A DNA stretch of 60,894 nt, counting the filler, from Sphacelaria rigidula (taxonomy: Eukaryota): assembly GCA_964200075.2 (NCBI GenBank). It is 3 parts of 3 records of this genome, joined end to end, with 100 filler letters (N's around TTAATTAATTAA, not from the genome) between each part and the next. Parts side by side here need not be neighbours in the genome. Positions count along the whole stretch, not along the records: positions 1 to 20,247 come from CAXNAA020000555.1; positions 20,348 to 40,586 come from CAXNAA020000556.1; 1 more part is not named here. The stretch is one strand, 5' to 3'. The notes under the pieces were generated by a model. The model had not been told where the DNA came from. It saw only the letters and a program-made list of their open reading frames with translations, and did no database searches. The position numbers and the translations under genes are program-made. Shown piece by piece: positions 13,501 to 25,600 of this stretch; positions within the stretch are counted from its first letter, which is position 1, and each line of letters starts with the position of its first letter.

Positions 13501-16500
13501 ATGTGAACTAATAGTTTGCGTGTGCAGGTACCAGGCACACGAGTTCCAAAGTGAATACATATATATACATATATATATATATATCATATCATATGTCTTG
13601 TCGCACGTGTGCACAAGATGACAATTTCGCTGAAAAAGTACAAGCAGAGTAAAGCGGCCCAGCAATAGTCAAGACTTCGCTTGCTCACGGGAAATCTCCT
13701 TCGCAGACGCGGTAGCCGTGGGCATACTCCGTTTGGAAAATGCTGGCGTCTTCCGTGTTTGTAAAACAACCCATGTTCAGGCCGAACACGTCGGACTGGT
13801 AAAGCCCGTCGATGCACGAGGCTCCAACGACGGAGAAGCCGGAGCTCGGTAGTGCTGTGTAGGAGTAACTGCAGGCATACGGTCGGGAGCGGGCAGGGGA
13901 GTCGAATTTAAAAGTGTGCTGAGGGTGTCAAGGTATAACAATAATCACTGAGCTACCAATCTTAACAGAGGGAAAAGGTGATGGTTTGATTGATTATGAT
14001 TGTCGCACTTTGACAGACCCCCCCCATGCTCCGTCTCGAAAGGGATGCGTGGTCAATGGTCAAACGACTAAGGCAAGCAATAAATGAGTACGTTCCCCCC
14101 TCCCCCAGGGATCCAGCCGTGGATAGACGTACCCGAGACAAAACAAAAACAAAACACGCGCCGAAGAAAAAATAAGAAACATATGAGGTAGAAAGTGCTC
14201 AAGGGGAATAAAATCCTAACATAGTTTCTCAGCATAACGGTTTTCATGGATGTCATTGGCGAGACCGCTGACGCTCGGTGTAGGGTTTACACTGAAGGAA
14301 CAACACCACGGAGAGCAATAACAATTCAACATGAAGGCGTAAAAAATATGTATCCATGGTGGCGGAAAGCAAACACGGAGGGAGCATGGCAGCATTTCGC
14401 CAACGTCTGATTACCAAATTAAAAACACAAGAATCACGCCTTACGCTCGGAAATAGTTGTTCGTGGTCGACCGTAAAATATGAGCCGACTGGATAACTCA
14501 TTCATCGATGATATTCTCGGCATCACCCCTCCCCCCCCCTCCCCCCGGTCCCCACCCTTCTCCTTCCACTCGCTCTACGAATGTTTTGTTTTTTTACAGG
14601 GGCAGTTCTTCTCTTTCCCCTTGTAGCACATCAACACTTACCCGATGCTGCAGAAGTCGGTGAAAGCGCCAACCAGTTGCACGAGGTCTGCTTGGTACGT
14701 GTTGCGCAGGGTAGTCACGTCGTCGTTCGCCCGCATGTTGTCGAGTGCACTGATGGCGCCGCTGTCATCGTCGCCGGGGTACTGGGTAGCAGGTGCACAT
14801 GTAGTAGGTGACGGACAAATCACCAAACAGCGTCGCACGGGAACAAAAAATCACGGCTGGTGAAGAAAAAAAACTGGCGGTGAACCTGATATACTCCAAA
14901 ACTCCGATATATCGTACAGATACAATACATCTAAGAAGAACCAGAACCATCTGAATACCACCTGACCACAGTGGCAGAGTTGCCAGGTAATCTACGGATA
15001 TTGATCAAATAAGCGGGTTTTGCAGCGGAGATATGCTCACCCGTTCCTCGGGATATCTGTTGTGCACCTCATGATGTACATCCGGCTGGTCATCGGTGCT
15101 AATTCAGAGTGTGACGTCAACAAGACGCCGAAAGCTGAGTGGAAAGGGAAAGTAGTGGGGGACTCGTTGCGAAAGCGATTTTGCTGCACTGGTGTCGGGG
15201 CATGATATGATAAGCGTGGGCGGTGGTGCTGATACATGATTGATTCATGAGCAGCGACGGTGGTGCCGTACTCTTGTCTTCGTGTTTCTTTGTTCGAGCT
15301 AAAGCATGCGTCATACCCCTGGGTGTGCAATTCAAGAACGTGTACATGTACGAACAACAGTGGAGCGATGTTCGGCAGCGGTAGCGAGAAATGAGAGAAG
15401 AATGACTAGTAGCCCAAAGGGTGATGATCTGTGCTGAGTAGGCGAAAGGTACGACATACGCGAGCCGCTTCGTGGTAAAATCAGCAACAGCATTACATCA
15501 GCTGCATGCTTCCCGCCGAAGGTAAAATCGACGATTAACAGGACAGCCCTGGGGTATGGTGACTCTGGGAAGAGATTATTGTACGCCGTTCTTCATCCGA
15601 TTCATTTTCCTGGCAACGTCACGTAAGTAGCCAGCCTCTGGAACCACTGTATTCCCACAACGTATGTAATACTGTATCTAAGTAAGGCACTCCCCGCCCT
15701 TATGGCGAGCATCGTAGTATTCACATTTTCCTCTATGAGGGTAGCAAGCAAGGTAGAACGAATGACCCGTTGGAGTAACCTTGAAATGTGATCTTCCCGG
15801 TCCCTCTGTCGTATGATAGTACAGCATTGAAATGACGACCCTGTACGCAAAGTATCACAAGGCGGAAAAAGCACGTGCATGTCTGTTTCCCCGATTCAAA
15901 ACCTCAATCTCTTCAAATCGGGCACATCCATACGCTCACACGAGTTGGAAGACGTCGAGCAGGTAGAAATCGACAAAATATATATCAACATGCGGCGCAA
16001 GTACAGAAATCTGCTACGGTAACCGCAGAACCTCGGCCAAGTCCGAAGCATAGGCCCGGCCCCCGTTATGGTGCAGTTCCCTTGCTCGCCAGATATATCT
16101 CACCTGCCTGTGGATACCACACATGTCATACATTCTGTTTTTTGTCGCACTTTGAACCCCTCCCCGTTCTCGGGATGAGTCCGTGGTCTCAGGGGAGCAA
16201 CCGCTTTCCCCCGGTACACGCCTTGCGTTTTGGTCTCGCGGATTGGATCATGACTATCAGCACTCCCGCACCGCGCCAACTCACGTCAAACAAAGCCAGT
16301 CGACTACTTTGTTTACCCACGTTCTCTCGCTTTCCACGGTGGAAATCAGACATTACGAAGAAAAAAACCAACGCATCGGGAACCGAATCCTCGTTCTCTC
16401 CGCCCTGATGGCGACAGTCGGACCGTTACGCCACCTGGGTGCGGCGGTAGCCTAGAAGCTAGTATTGCCAACGCCATACTCGGTGTTGTTGCAATCTTGC

Positions 16501-19500
16501 AAGTTCCCGTACACAATACTTTGTGTAACGAGGCGTAAGGGGTGCCGTAAGAACAAGTCACACCCCTGAACGCCGAACCTAACTTCGGTGGTGTTTAGTT
16601 TGATGCCGTAGATTCGTCATCGTAGTATATGTTTAATTCACCGCGGGGCTCTAGATCACAGTGAGATGGACTGACTCACAAAGCCGATGAACGCGAGATT
16701 GAAGGTCAGCGAGATGAGCGAGTTCTTGAATGCATCGTTCGTCGAAAGCAGGCCTGCGAAGATGATGGAATTCATCTGTGCGGGAGAGACGCCACCCATC
16801 TGAGTCATCGCCGCCTCATTGAACAGATACATCACGTCCACCTGCAAGGGCGCGTTCAAGTGAACGAGACACCGTTTGAAAAAGGATCAAAAGTACGGGG
16901 AACGAGGGAGACAGAGAGGGGTTCCGTTAGTCAATCTGTCTTGGATGAAGGAAGCTAGGGGGAAAAGGGGCGACGTTTACCTCAACGCGGGAACGCCGGT
17001 CGGGAGTCACAGTTCGAAACGGGCTCAGATTCTCGGAACGCGGACCGAGCTGATCAGATCCCTGACTGGAAAAATAACGCAAAAGGGGCGGCGGCAGGGA
17101 TCGGCATTGTTGGGCCGAATGCCCGTGCCGAAATTTCAGGCACCATCCGAGCGCGACCAACTTACATCGACGGATTCCGTCTGCAGCGCGCGGGTGCCCG
17201 AAGTGCGCAGGCTTCGACGTCCTCCAGGTGAGCTAGTGGTTGTGGCAGGGGAGGGGGTAGTACTGCTGGGTATGGGCTCTGACTGCTCGGGGGTGCCATC
17301 ATCCAAGAAAGCTGCGGTGGTGACCTGTTGTTATATTATAGGGGCCACAGTGCAGCGATAGGCGGTGGGCATGCACCGCATGAGAGGAGGGGAAATATGT
17401 CATTAGAAGCAATATTAATACGTCAAATCAAGAAGCGTTCGGTGAACTGGCATGCGTATGGATGTCCGCGGGTACTCATTGGGCGGTCACTGAATCCAGC
17501 GTTAGGGTTTAGGAAAGTGCGCATGTGATTTTGGCCCATCGTGGGACTCCAAGAGAAAGAGCAAAAAGGATACGTTTGTGAGCAGTCGGGAGAACGAGTA
17601 GATCGTCTTCATTTCGATTGTTGTTGAGAAAAAGGTTATTAAAGGTGCCATTCAGTGATCGCCTGAGACCGCAGAAGCACAACCGTCCAATCACCCGCAA
17701 GTGCGGTCACTCCGATCTCACTGTGAAATCCTCACCCGCCCGAGTAAGTACGTATAATATCGCCAGTGCTTAGGTTGATCAGTTGATCCGGGTGTAGGTA
17801 TTTGTGGTGCATGCAGACACTGTTGAGCTTGATTACAAGTGAGCACACGATTAAGGCAGTATCCCATGCTAGCACAGCACAATTCGGTGTTGCTGGTGAG
17901 ATACAACCTTAGGGATAATATCGCCGACATCACGCATCAGCATGGACAGCACGTTGGTCTGACACTTCCGCGCTCTGCGAAATTACGGGGTTGTTCATCT
18001 CTCCTGCCTTACGCGACGGACTCGTTGGAAGAGGCATCACCTGCACCAAGCAGCTGTCGGTATCGGGTGCAAAGTCGCACGGGATGGACTTGACCACAAC
18101 GGTGCTCCCGTCCGTCTTGAATGAGGTCATCTTGAGCGAAAACGTCTGAAGGTAACAGCAATGCCGAGGGAAATCGCGTGAGCAGCACCGTCGGGTACAG
18201 TCGAGGCACAGGCACAAAGCGAGAACGGGAGTGTTGTTGGGCGCTGCTCAAGCGTCGAAAGAGTCAATTTAAACCCTCCGTTAGCAGATAGATGCGATCG
18301 CTTATTCGCTTGGCTGTGCAATAACCTGTGCGTTTATCCGCACCCTCCACGCACGTACAGCGACGTAACGCACCGAAATCAAACAAAATAATGCATCACC
18401 TGCCATTTTCCCTCTATCAACTCGCGTACCCAAGGGTTACTATAGCAGCGCATCGCGAGTATTTACGTCGTCAGCGACAGGATCGACGTACGGGAACGCA
18501 TTCCACGGATATCAAACACTCACATGCGCTTCATTCTCGGATAGTGAAACACGTGTACGAGTTTACGCCCCTGCCTGTTAACACAGTTGTTGCAGAGACG
18601 GCCCCCTGCCTATTCAGGGCATGATACATGCGCTTTGCGTAGTTCCACGTGTCCACGGCGTTGCGAGGAACCCGTGGGTATCCGTGAAGGGCATTCATGA
18701 GGTTCTTACCTGGCTATCGCACGGATCGCCCCAGACCATGCTGACGCTGCGGGGTGCCGTCTCGTCATCGCCTTGTGCAGGGATGCTAACCGTCCCAGTC
18801 CATGCCTATTTGAGGAGAACGGCACAAAACATTTAATTTTCGCAGGTCACGTGAACAGCAGTCTTGCGTTGACCAAAGGTCGAGATCGTCCCATATCATC
18901 AAAACTGAGTGCGGAGTGAATACTATTAAGAAGGAAGAGGGAACCGTAACTGTCGCGGAAACGAATCTCACCCCTCTCTATGCTTTACTGTGCTGCAGCA
19001 TTTGGTTATCCTTATTTGAAGTACTGACAAAATATCACCAATTTGTTAAATGTGTCGTTGTCTTGCCGTGGTTGTCTGCACATCTAGTCCACGACCAAGC
19101 GATGGACGACGACATATCCTCGTTGTTCATAGTAGACATTTGCCGCTGTTGTAAACCAAAAGCACGTACTCTGGGCATCATACAACGACAGGCTCACCTT
19201 ACGAGTGATGCCGTCGTCGAAGTGAGAGCCATCCATCGTGCTGTAGGAAGCCTTGTCCGCAGTAATGTTCTGCAGGCATTCGACAAGGGGAAAATCAAAG
19301 GCGAGGTGCTCGTATGAACAGCGGGCTCGCATCACTACAAGAGGAGAGTGCGCCCGGTTCATCGTTGTATAAACGCCATCTTATGGTATAAGACCTACCC
19401 TGCAGTCTGTCACCAGGTATCAATACATTGCCATAGTTGCACACGTCTGTACTTCTTGTCCAAAACGTCTCCTCAAGTAAACCTATCCAGGGAGACGCAA

Positions 19501-20042
19501 GTGGCATATTGTTTCAAGTGAAACGGTTTTGGGTAGTAATACAGGCGTGACCGCACCGGGCTCGGATCCTGCGCTACCCACGGTAAATGCACGAAGAACC
19601 AGTGATACATGAAACGTGTCAGGGATTTCATACTCTACTAGATGTTCGCTTCGTCAGAGGTACCGGTGGACCCCGCATGTTGCAGCAGACTGGGTTGTGC
19701 TAGGTGCTCATCATGTGTGGATGCCTATAGACATTAAACGGCGGCTGTCGCAGAAATCAACCAAATACCTGTTCGTAGAACTACAAACATTTGTAGAGGT
19801 GAAGATAGTGTTGTACGTGCCTAAAAGTGCAAACCACACTCGATCCCAGACTTCCGTATACTGCCGTAGGGATAGTATAGCAGCAGGATTTTTATCGGAC
19901 ACGCGTAATTTTCGTCAAAATGTCGCGTATGACTCAAACGTACTAACCTCAGCCGAGCTAATGGCGATCGTCAAGGTAGCGGCGTCTTCTGCCGAGTCCA
20001 AGTACGCGCAATCAACCGCTCCGAGTCGCACGATCTCGCTCA
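239..20042 (-). CDS. Multidomain protein, probably extracellular: prodomain + catalytically dead metzincin-like domain (M72 peptidyl-Asp / M12B reprolysin-like) + Pro/Thr linker + 2 WSC + Cys-rich module + LRRs; 5' and 3' partial
   Basis: 19 phase-compatible exons with canonical AG/GT ends, in transcript order: 19948-20042, 19198-19269, 18710-18805, 18041-18145, 17166-17324, 16680-16841, 14642-14781, 13689-13868, 12222-12366, 11054-11284, 10304-10360, 8773-8991, 8099-8155, 7448-7583, 6354-6386, 4797-4928, 3491-3563, 2345-2434, 239-313. Total 2257 nt, about 752 aa, no in-frame stop. The start/signal-peptide exon was not found (gap at 20248), and the gene runs off the left edge. Confidence 0.8.
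650..815. repeat. GATATC-rich degenerate internal repeat, probably a TE remnant
   Basis: Repeated GGGATATC/GAGATATCC and duplicated CCATCTGAAAC motifs. Confidence 0.5.
3797..3834. repeat. 12-bp tandem repeat (CACTCAAAATGG)x3
   Basis: Directly visible. Confidence 0.9.
5607..6000. mobile_element. Tc1/mariner-type MITE, 394 bp, intronic
   Basis: TIRs CAGGTGGCGACAGCACTCAAGAAA and TTTCTTGAGTACTGACGCCACCTG, with TA on both flanks (5605-5606, 6001-6002). Confidence 0.85.
7448..11284 (-). CDS. Pro/Thr linker and two WSC carbohydrate-binding domains
   Basis: WSC1: YVALGCWGDSSRDRVLT...MTAE|VCAALCEGSTYFGTEFGRE|CFCG...CTVPCVGDSEEICGGRNAINVYR. WSC2: YTVDGCYIDSTRDRVLT...MTTD|ICAELCAGYPLFGTEFGKE|CYCG...CTFQCPGAPVEKCGGRNAISVYR. 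Both have the full 8-Cys WSC pattern. Confidence 0.92.
12222..16841 (-). CDS. Metzincin-like pseudo-protease domain exons of the 239-20042 gene
   Basis: Exons translate to VDVMYLFNEAAM...TNDAFKNSLISLTFNL, LRNTYQADLVQLVG...CSIG, GFSVVGASCIDGLYQSDVFGLNMGCFTN...YAHGYRVC and FSTLRSQRC...RINHYSNPDV...PTGTATADCARTIRENM. This is the scaffold of peptidyl-Asp/reprolysin-like metalloproteases, but without HExxHxxGxxH. Confidence 0.8.
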
Positions 20043-20247
20043 CTGCGGTAACAGCGGAAGCCACGAGGTTGCTGCGTTAAGGATTGCGATCTTGGCACTG
20101 GACTACGTTGCGCTACCTGGGGAAATGGAGTGCACTTGTCTCGTACACTAACAATATATTTATCCTGCATATATGGCACAACACGAATGGCCGGCGCATG
20201 GCCATGGTCTCCGTAACCCATGGGGATAGAATGCCCCCCCCCCCCCC

Positions 20248-20347
20248 NNNNNNNNNNNNNNNNNNNNNNNNNNNNNNNNNNNNNNNNNNNNTTAATTAAT
20301 TAANNNNNNNNNNNNNNNNNNNNNNNNNNNNNNNNNNNNNNNNNNNN
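20248..20347. other. Assembly gap with artificial six-frame stop linker
   Basis: 100-nt N run with TTAATTAATTAA at 20292-20303. Confidence 0.97.
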
Positions 20348-20840
20348 GAGATGGGTTGACCCCTTGAGACCACGGACTCATCCCGAGGAAGGGGAGGGGT
20401 TCAAAGTGTGAGAAGACAAAAAAAAAGTCAGCTGTGAAGTGTAGAGATTTGATGGTGACACGTGCGGCCGGTTTTGGAGGGGGGAAACGCTGACATCAAA
20501 ATTTTGTTCTCAGACGATTATGCCGCGGCCGCAAGTCGTGGAGATGCGCAAGTCGTGGTTGTACAACAATGTATGTCGTACTTTAGGCGCGGTGTCAAAG
20601 ATGGCACGCAGAAGAGGCCCCCAGCGCGCCAACGCGTCTGGTAGTAGTGTGCAAATTTGTGAGCAGTGGGTGAAGAAATCCCGTGGAGAACGTCAAAGTT
20701 CTGGCTGAGGTTGTTGTCCTCTACAAGGAAGTCAACCGGTTTTCGACAGTAGATGCGGTCGAGCTGTCCAATTTTGAATGGTTTACTATGAGGTTTCGAC
20801 GCCATGTACATGAGGTACGTACGATGCTCCTACCGTTACC

Positions 20841-21344
20841 TGACACTTTCTACGATAACCTCCCCCCCCCAAAACGCATGGTTATAGAAGGAAAAATCTT
20901 CACATAAAGACACTTTCTACGATAGCCCCCCCCAAAAACCAGCTAAAAGTGTCACGGAAGAAATGGCCATACAGCGCCTGATGTTTATGTTCAGGCTGCA
21001 TGAAGCGCCTCCTATTGGCGACATTGGCTAAAACGAACCCCAAGCGTGGGAATTCCCAGCTTCTCGTTGTGCTCGGTTTTTCCCATTTCGATTGACGTGA
21101 AGATTTTGCCTCCCAAAACCATGCACTCTTTGGGGGCGGCTATCGTAGAAAGTGTCTTAATCGAAATGGGAAAAGCCGAGCACAACGCGCAGCTGGGAAT
21201 TCCTACGCTTGGGTTCGTTTCAGTCAATGTCGCCAATATGAGGCGCTTCATGCGGCCTGAACCCCAGCATCAGGCGCTGTATGGCCATTTTTTTTTGTGG
21301 CACTTCTGGACTGGTTTTGGGGGGGGCTATCGTAGAAAGTGTCA
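20841..21344. repeat. Complex fold-back repeat (A-B-A'-B' arrangement)
   Basis: About 20909-21096 is the inverted copy of about 21158-21344. About 20841-20903 is the inverted copy of about 21097-21156. The motif GACACTTTCTACGATA / TATCGTAGAAAGTGTC occurs four times. Confidence 0.85.
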
Positions 21345-22689
21345 CCTCTGCGCTGTTTGGTTTGCTCATCGTGTGTTTTCGGTATTCGAAATTTCGGGAC
21401 AGTTTTTTTCCCGGTGACCATCGTCGACAAATCAATGAAGAATGACAATAAGCATTGGAGGCTTTGATGTAAAACAGAACATTCGATACCGCTTGTTACG
21501 TTTCGTATTCAACACTATATTCGTGAGATTCAGAGGGTAACATCGGATACAGAGTGAGACCCGAAACAATGGACTTTCCCGTTGATTTTGACATCGCCAC
21601 AGTTCGAGGAGTAATGCGCCCAGCTGGTGAAGCGGTGGCTTCAATGAAAGCTGTCACCTAAATGATCAATTTGACACATCTTGATCGCAACGACGTAGTC
21701 AGTCCATTGCAACAAAAGATCCCCTCTTTCAGGAAAAACCGATCAGTGCCTGAAACAGTTTCAGTTCCGAAATGCCCCACCAGCTGTAAAAATGCTTTGT
21801 GCGGTATCTCACCAACCAGACCGTCGAATTCCTCGAATGGGGTACTGTACGGTAGCTGCATGCACAGGACGTGTGCTCAAGCCAAAAAAAACAAATTGCC
21901 TGTAAGGGACGCTAGAGCATCCACTGTGAATCCGATATTACGCTCTGAATCTCACGAACATGTTGTTATTTGCCGGTATTGTGAGAAAAATACGAGGAAA
22001 AATACCGCGAGGTAAATACACCCAAAAATGTTGACCCTACCTCACGGCTCCAGATATATTTTCGAGGGGGTGGGGGGGTATCAAGAAGAGCGGGGAGGTA
22101 CCGCAAGTAAGGTTAGCCGAATTCAAAGGGGTGTACACGCCAAGGCCGGGTACAAAGACTGAGAGACTTCGCCATGCCAAGCTTTCTGTGTTATTAACAG
22201 CAGATCCTGAAATATGGGGTCCATATAAAAAATGAGGTTGAAGTGTCATTTCGTTTTTGCAGGGATCACGCGAAACACTTACGACCGAGCGATGCCATCT
22301 CCCCCCCCAAACGTTTGCAGCAGTTAAGTAGCAGTGGCTAGGTGCACCTAACGAATGCGGTGTACACGCATGTCGATGACGATATCACCAGAGAGAGAAA
22401 CAACGACAGAGAGGAAGGTGCTCGCCCGTGTCCTTTGTGTGTCCTCGCTCGGCGAATACCAATCGCTCGAGAGACTGGCATCATCGATGTTACCAGTATG
22501 TACCCAACTTTCCATGTGCCAGAACATCGAGGCGCGGAGAGATTCCGCCTCTTCTTGCCGGTGGCTAATGGGAAGATTGATTTCTCTCTGCCTCTCTTTT
22601 TGGACAGGACGCGCCTCTGTGCGCTGAAAACATGTCGTTGAAAAAATAGGGCAATGTGATGGTATATGGCTGAGGCATTGAATTAAAAC

Positions 22690-25600
22690 TAGTTTCCTTG
22701 TGGATATGCTGATGGTCCCCAGAAACGACCAGCGGGTATGGTAGGAATCTGGTCGAATGTGTGTTTGTAAGGCAGGATTCGATTCCCTGTATAATTTCGG
22801 CTGGGGTTGAAGCCAAGAGGATTGTACCCTATTAGTCGCGTGTACCTATCGACAGCCTTGACTTCCAAAAGGTACGGCGCGTCACGGTGATTTTGTATTA
22901 TGACAAGATTGTAAGCAGGACAGACGGATGTACGAGAAGCAGCACCCCCCTGCCGCACTCGAAAACCCCGACCTCAGTCTTCAGGCCTAATTGGATACAA
23001 GGAAGAGCTTTGCTCATCAGCTACCCACCGATCTCCTGTCTTCAGTGTCGCGAGTCCACAGCCTTATTGACGTGAGTCTTAGCTGTGCTGTACTATATTG
23101 ATATGTTGTGTTGCCGTGAAAAGTACGCAGCGAGGAGGATCTGTTTGGCGTGTGGCGCCGAAGTGGGGAAACAAGTTCGACTCTTGCAGATGACTTAGTC
23201 CCAGAGCAACACGGCCGTTGTACTTGAACGAAAAATTTGAGTCACCCATACCCCGAGCACACATCTTCACCTGATTGTCACCGAGGTACCCGCCATCGCC
23301 TCCAACCCACTTGACGCGGGGGTTAACAGCAATTTCATCTGCCATCAGTGTCCACGTCAGGGGTCCCTCGTTCATGATAGACACCAAGTTCCCGATGTTG
23401 GACTCCAGAGCTGCTTTTATGGCAGCGTCGGCGCCCGTCGCGCACGTCCAAAATTTCGGCACCTGAGAAAAAAGACGGGTGGAAATGTCAATTCACGGGA
23501 GAAGAGGTGCGCTCTGCCAACATCTGTGGAGCGCACAACAACGACAACAAATCATTTACGAAGAAACACTTCCCTCGATCCCGGCCTGCTCTTCCAACCG
23601 CACTTCACGTTGCTGTTGCACGATATGAGTAACGATCGTGCTGAACATTTCAGCTTTTTCTACCAATTTGAAAATACCGCCATGCTTACCTTGCCGGCTC
23701 GAAGCTGCTTCTGGGTCCAGCTAACGCTGGGCATGCCGGCGGCTTGATGGAGGGTGTCGAGTAGAGAAGGGCCTCCTATCCTCATGACGACAGTGGCAAG
23801 GTGCAGGTCTTTACGGTCGTAATTTCGAGCGGAGTACTGCCGGTTCACAGCGCTCTCCAACGTCGCCAAGATCGCATGAACTGATTTGCCCTCTCGCAGA
23901 GCTTGTCCAAATATGCGCTTTATTCCACCAATGTCTTCGCTGCCGACCATCATCACTATACGTTTGTGGATATCGATGTTCTTTACCACAATCTGTCTTC
24001 TCTTTTCCGCGTGCTTGCTTTGTAGACGGAAGGCCTTCTTGTCCACGTAGTGAAACTTGGCGCGGTCGATGAGCTGCGATCGCGTGAGGTAAGCGTAGTT
24101 GAGAGAGTCCAATCTCTCACCCTCCCTTCGCCGACGCCATACTGCACGCGTCTTGATTGCTGCGATCAGACATACGGGTGAGCGGGGAAAACGAGGGCAA
24201 TTACGGTGGAGTATGGCAAGTACGTTTCGTGTTCCCCGAAAAAAATCGTTGTGAGTTGTGAAACCCCAGGCAAAAATTAATATCAGTATATGGGTACAAT
24301 CGAGTGCTGCCGATGGCACAGATTGGGGCAAACACCAGGTGCCTTGCGGTAATTGCATTCCGTCTGTCGCGCACTCTTTCCACAGACTCATTTCGGTGCA
24401 CTTTCGAGGACTCTCACCTTGCAGTTGCGTGTTGTATTCGAGGTCGGAGCAGACGTTGCACGGGGCAGGAACGGACTCCGTTCTGGTGCATATGCCAGTG
24501 CAGCCCGGCGATGTTGGGTTCTTCAGCGCGTGCAGATACACGGCTCCACCGGCGCACGAAAAAGACCACGGTGGGGAAGTTGAACGCTGCGTGTGCAACC
24601 CACACGGATATTGGTCCACAGGGATGAATTCGGCGTCTTCACCCTCGACGTGGTACCGATACCCCGGACAACGGGCCCCGAGACTTGAAACACCACAGTC
24701 GGGCGGGGCTTCAGGAATCGACAAGTCGCACACGTTTGCCTCCTCAACTTCCTCTTCCTTCTCTTCCTCTACCTCCTCTTCCTCTTCATCCTGCCTGTAT
24801 CTCTTCTCCTGCGTTCGGCGCGCTCCATCGATTCCCTGATGGGTATGTTCACCGTGGATGTGACGTGGGCAGAAGATGTTGAGCTTGAAAACAGAGAATT
24901 ATCTGGTTCTAGAGAGTTTCGGAACCGAACATTTTTACCAAAAAAAAAAAACTCTCATCCTTTTATCGGGCGCTAGGTTGAAGACGTACGTTATTTCTTC
25001 AGTTTTGGGCTCAAAATTGTGTTTTCCGAAACTGCAATAATTTCATGTCGCCAACATATTGTGTTCCCTTTCCCTAAAAAACTAATAATCCACTCCCAGC
25101 ATCCAGACCCAACCAACCGACCAATTGATGAAATTAATTTAAAAATATTTCATTCATCAATTAATTATTATACGAATCACATCGGCATTTACTTTTATAT
25201 TCGATTGCAGTGCCTACCGTTGACCTAAAGATCACCCCCTGTATTCACTGTATCCTCAAATTCCTGTGCACGAAGAACGCTGCACTCTCCATATATACCG
25301 CGCATAGGCATATGTCCACAACAGTTCATCTACCACTTCTTTATGACGCGAGTTTCGCCGTCGCTACAGGTTTGTATTACCGTATGCTTCGGCATATTTC
25401 AACAACCTGTGGGGGTGTTATATACCGTCATCTCTACAGGCCGTGATGTTTATCGACGCCTCACTTGGCACTGATTTGATATGTCACTCATGTCTCACCG
25501 GTGAGATGCTGATGCCGTGTGCTGTAGTACGTTATGCCGGAGGCGGTTCCCATCGCCGAAGTTATGGCCGCAAGGGCACAGCCACGCCCATTCATCGATG

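Noticed and set aside
15041-15134. Extra exon in the protease domain
   Set aside because: Good AG/GT ends, but 94 nt long with a TGA in the required phase-0 frame; the flanking exons join cleanly without it.
19270-19860. Additional prodomain exons (19399-19482, about 19769-19860, or extension of the 19198 exon to 19334)
   Set aside because: Phases do not chain. The phase-0 acceptor at 19269 has a strong pyrimidine tract and joins 19948 directly.
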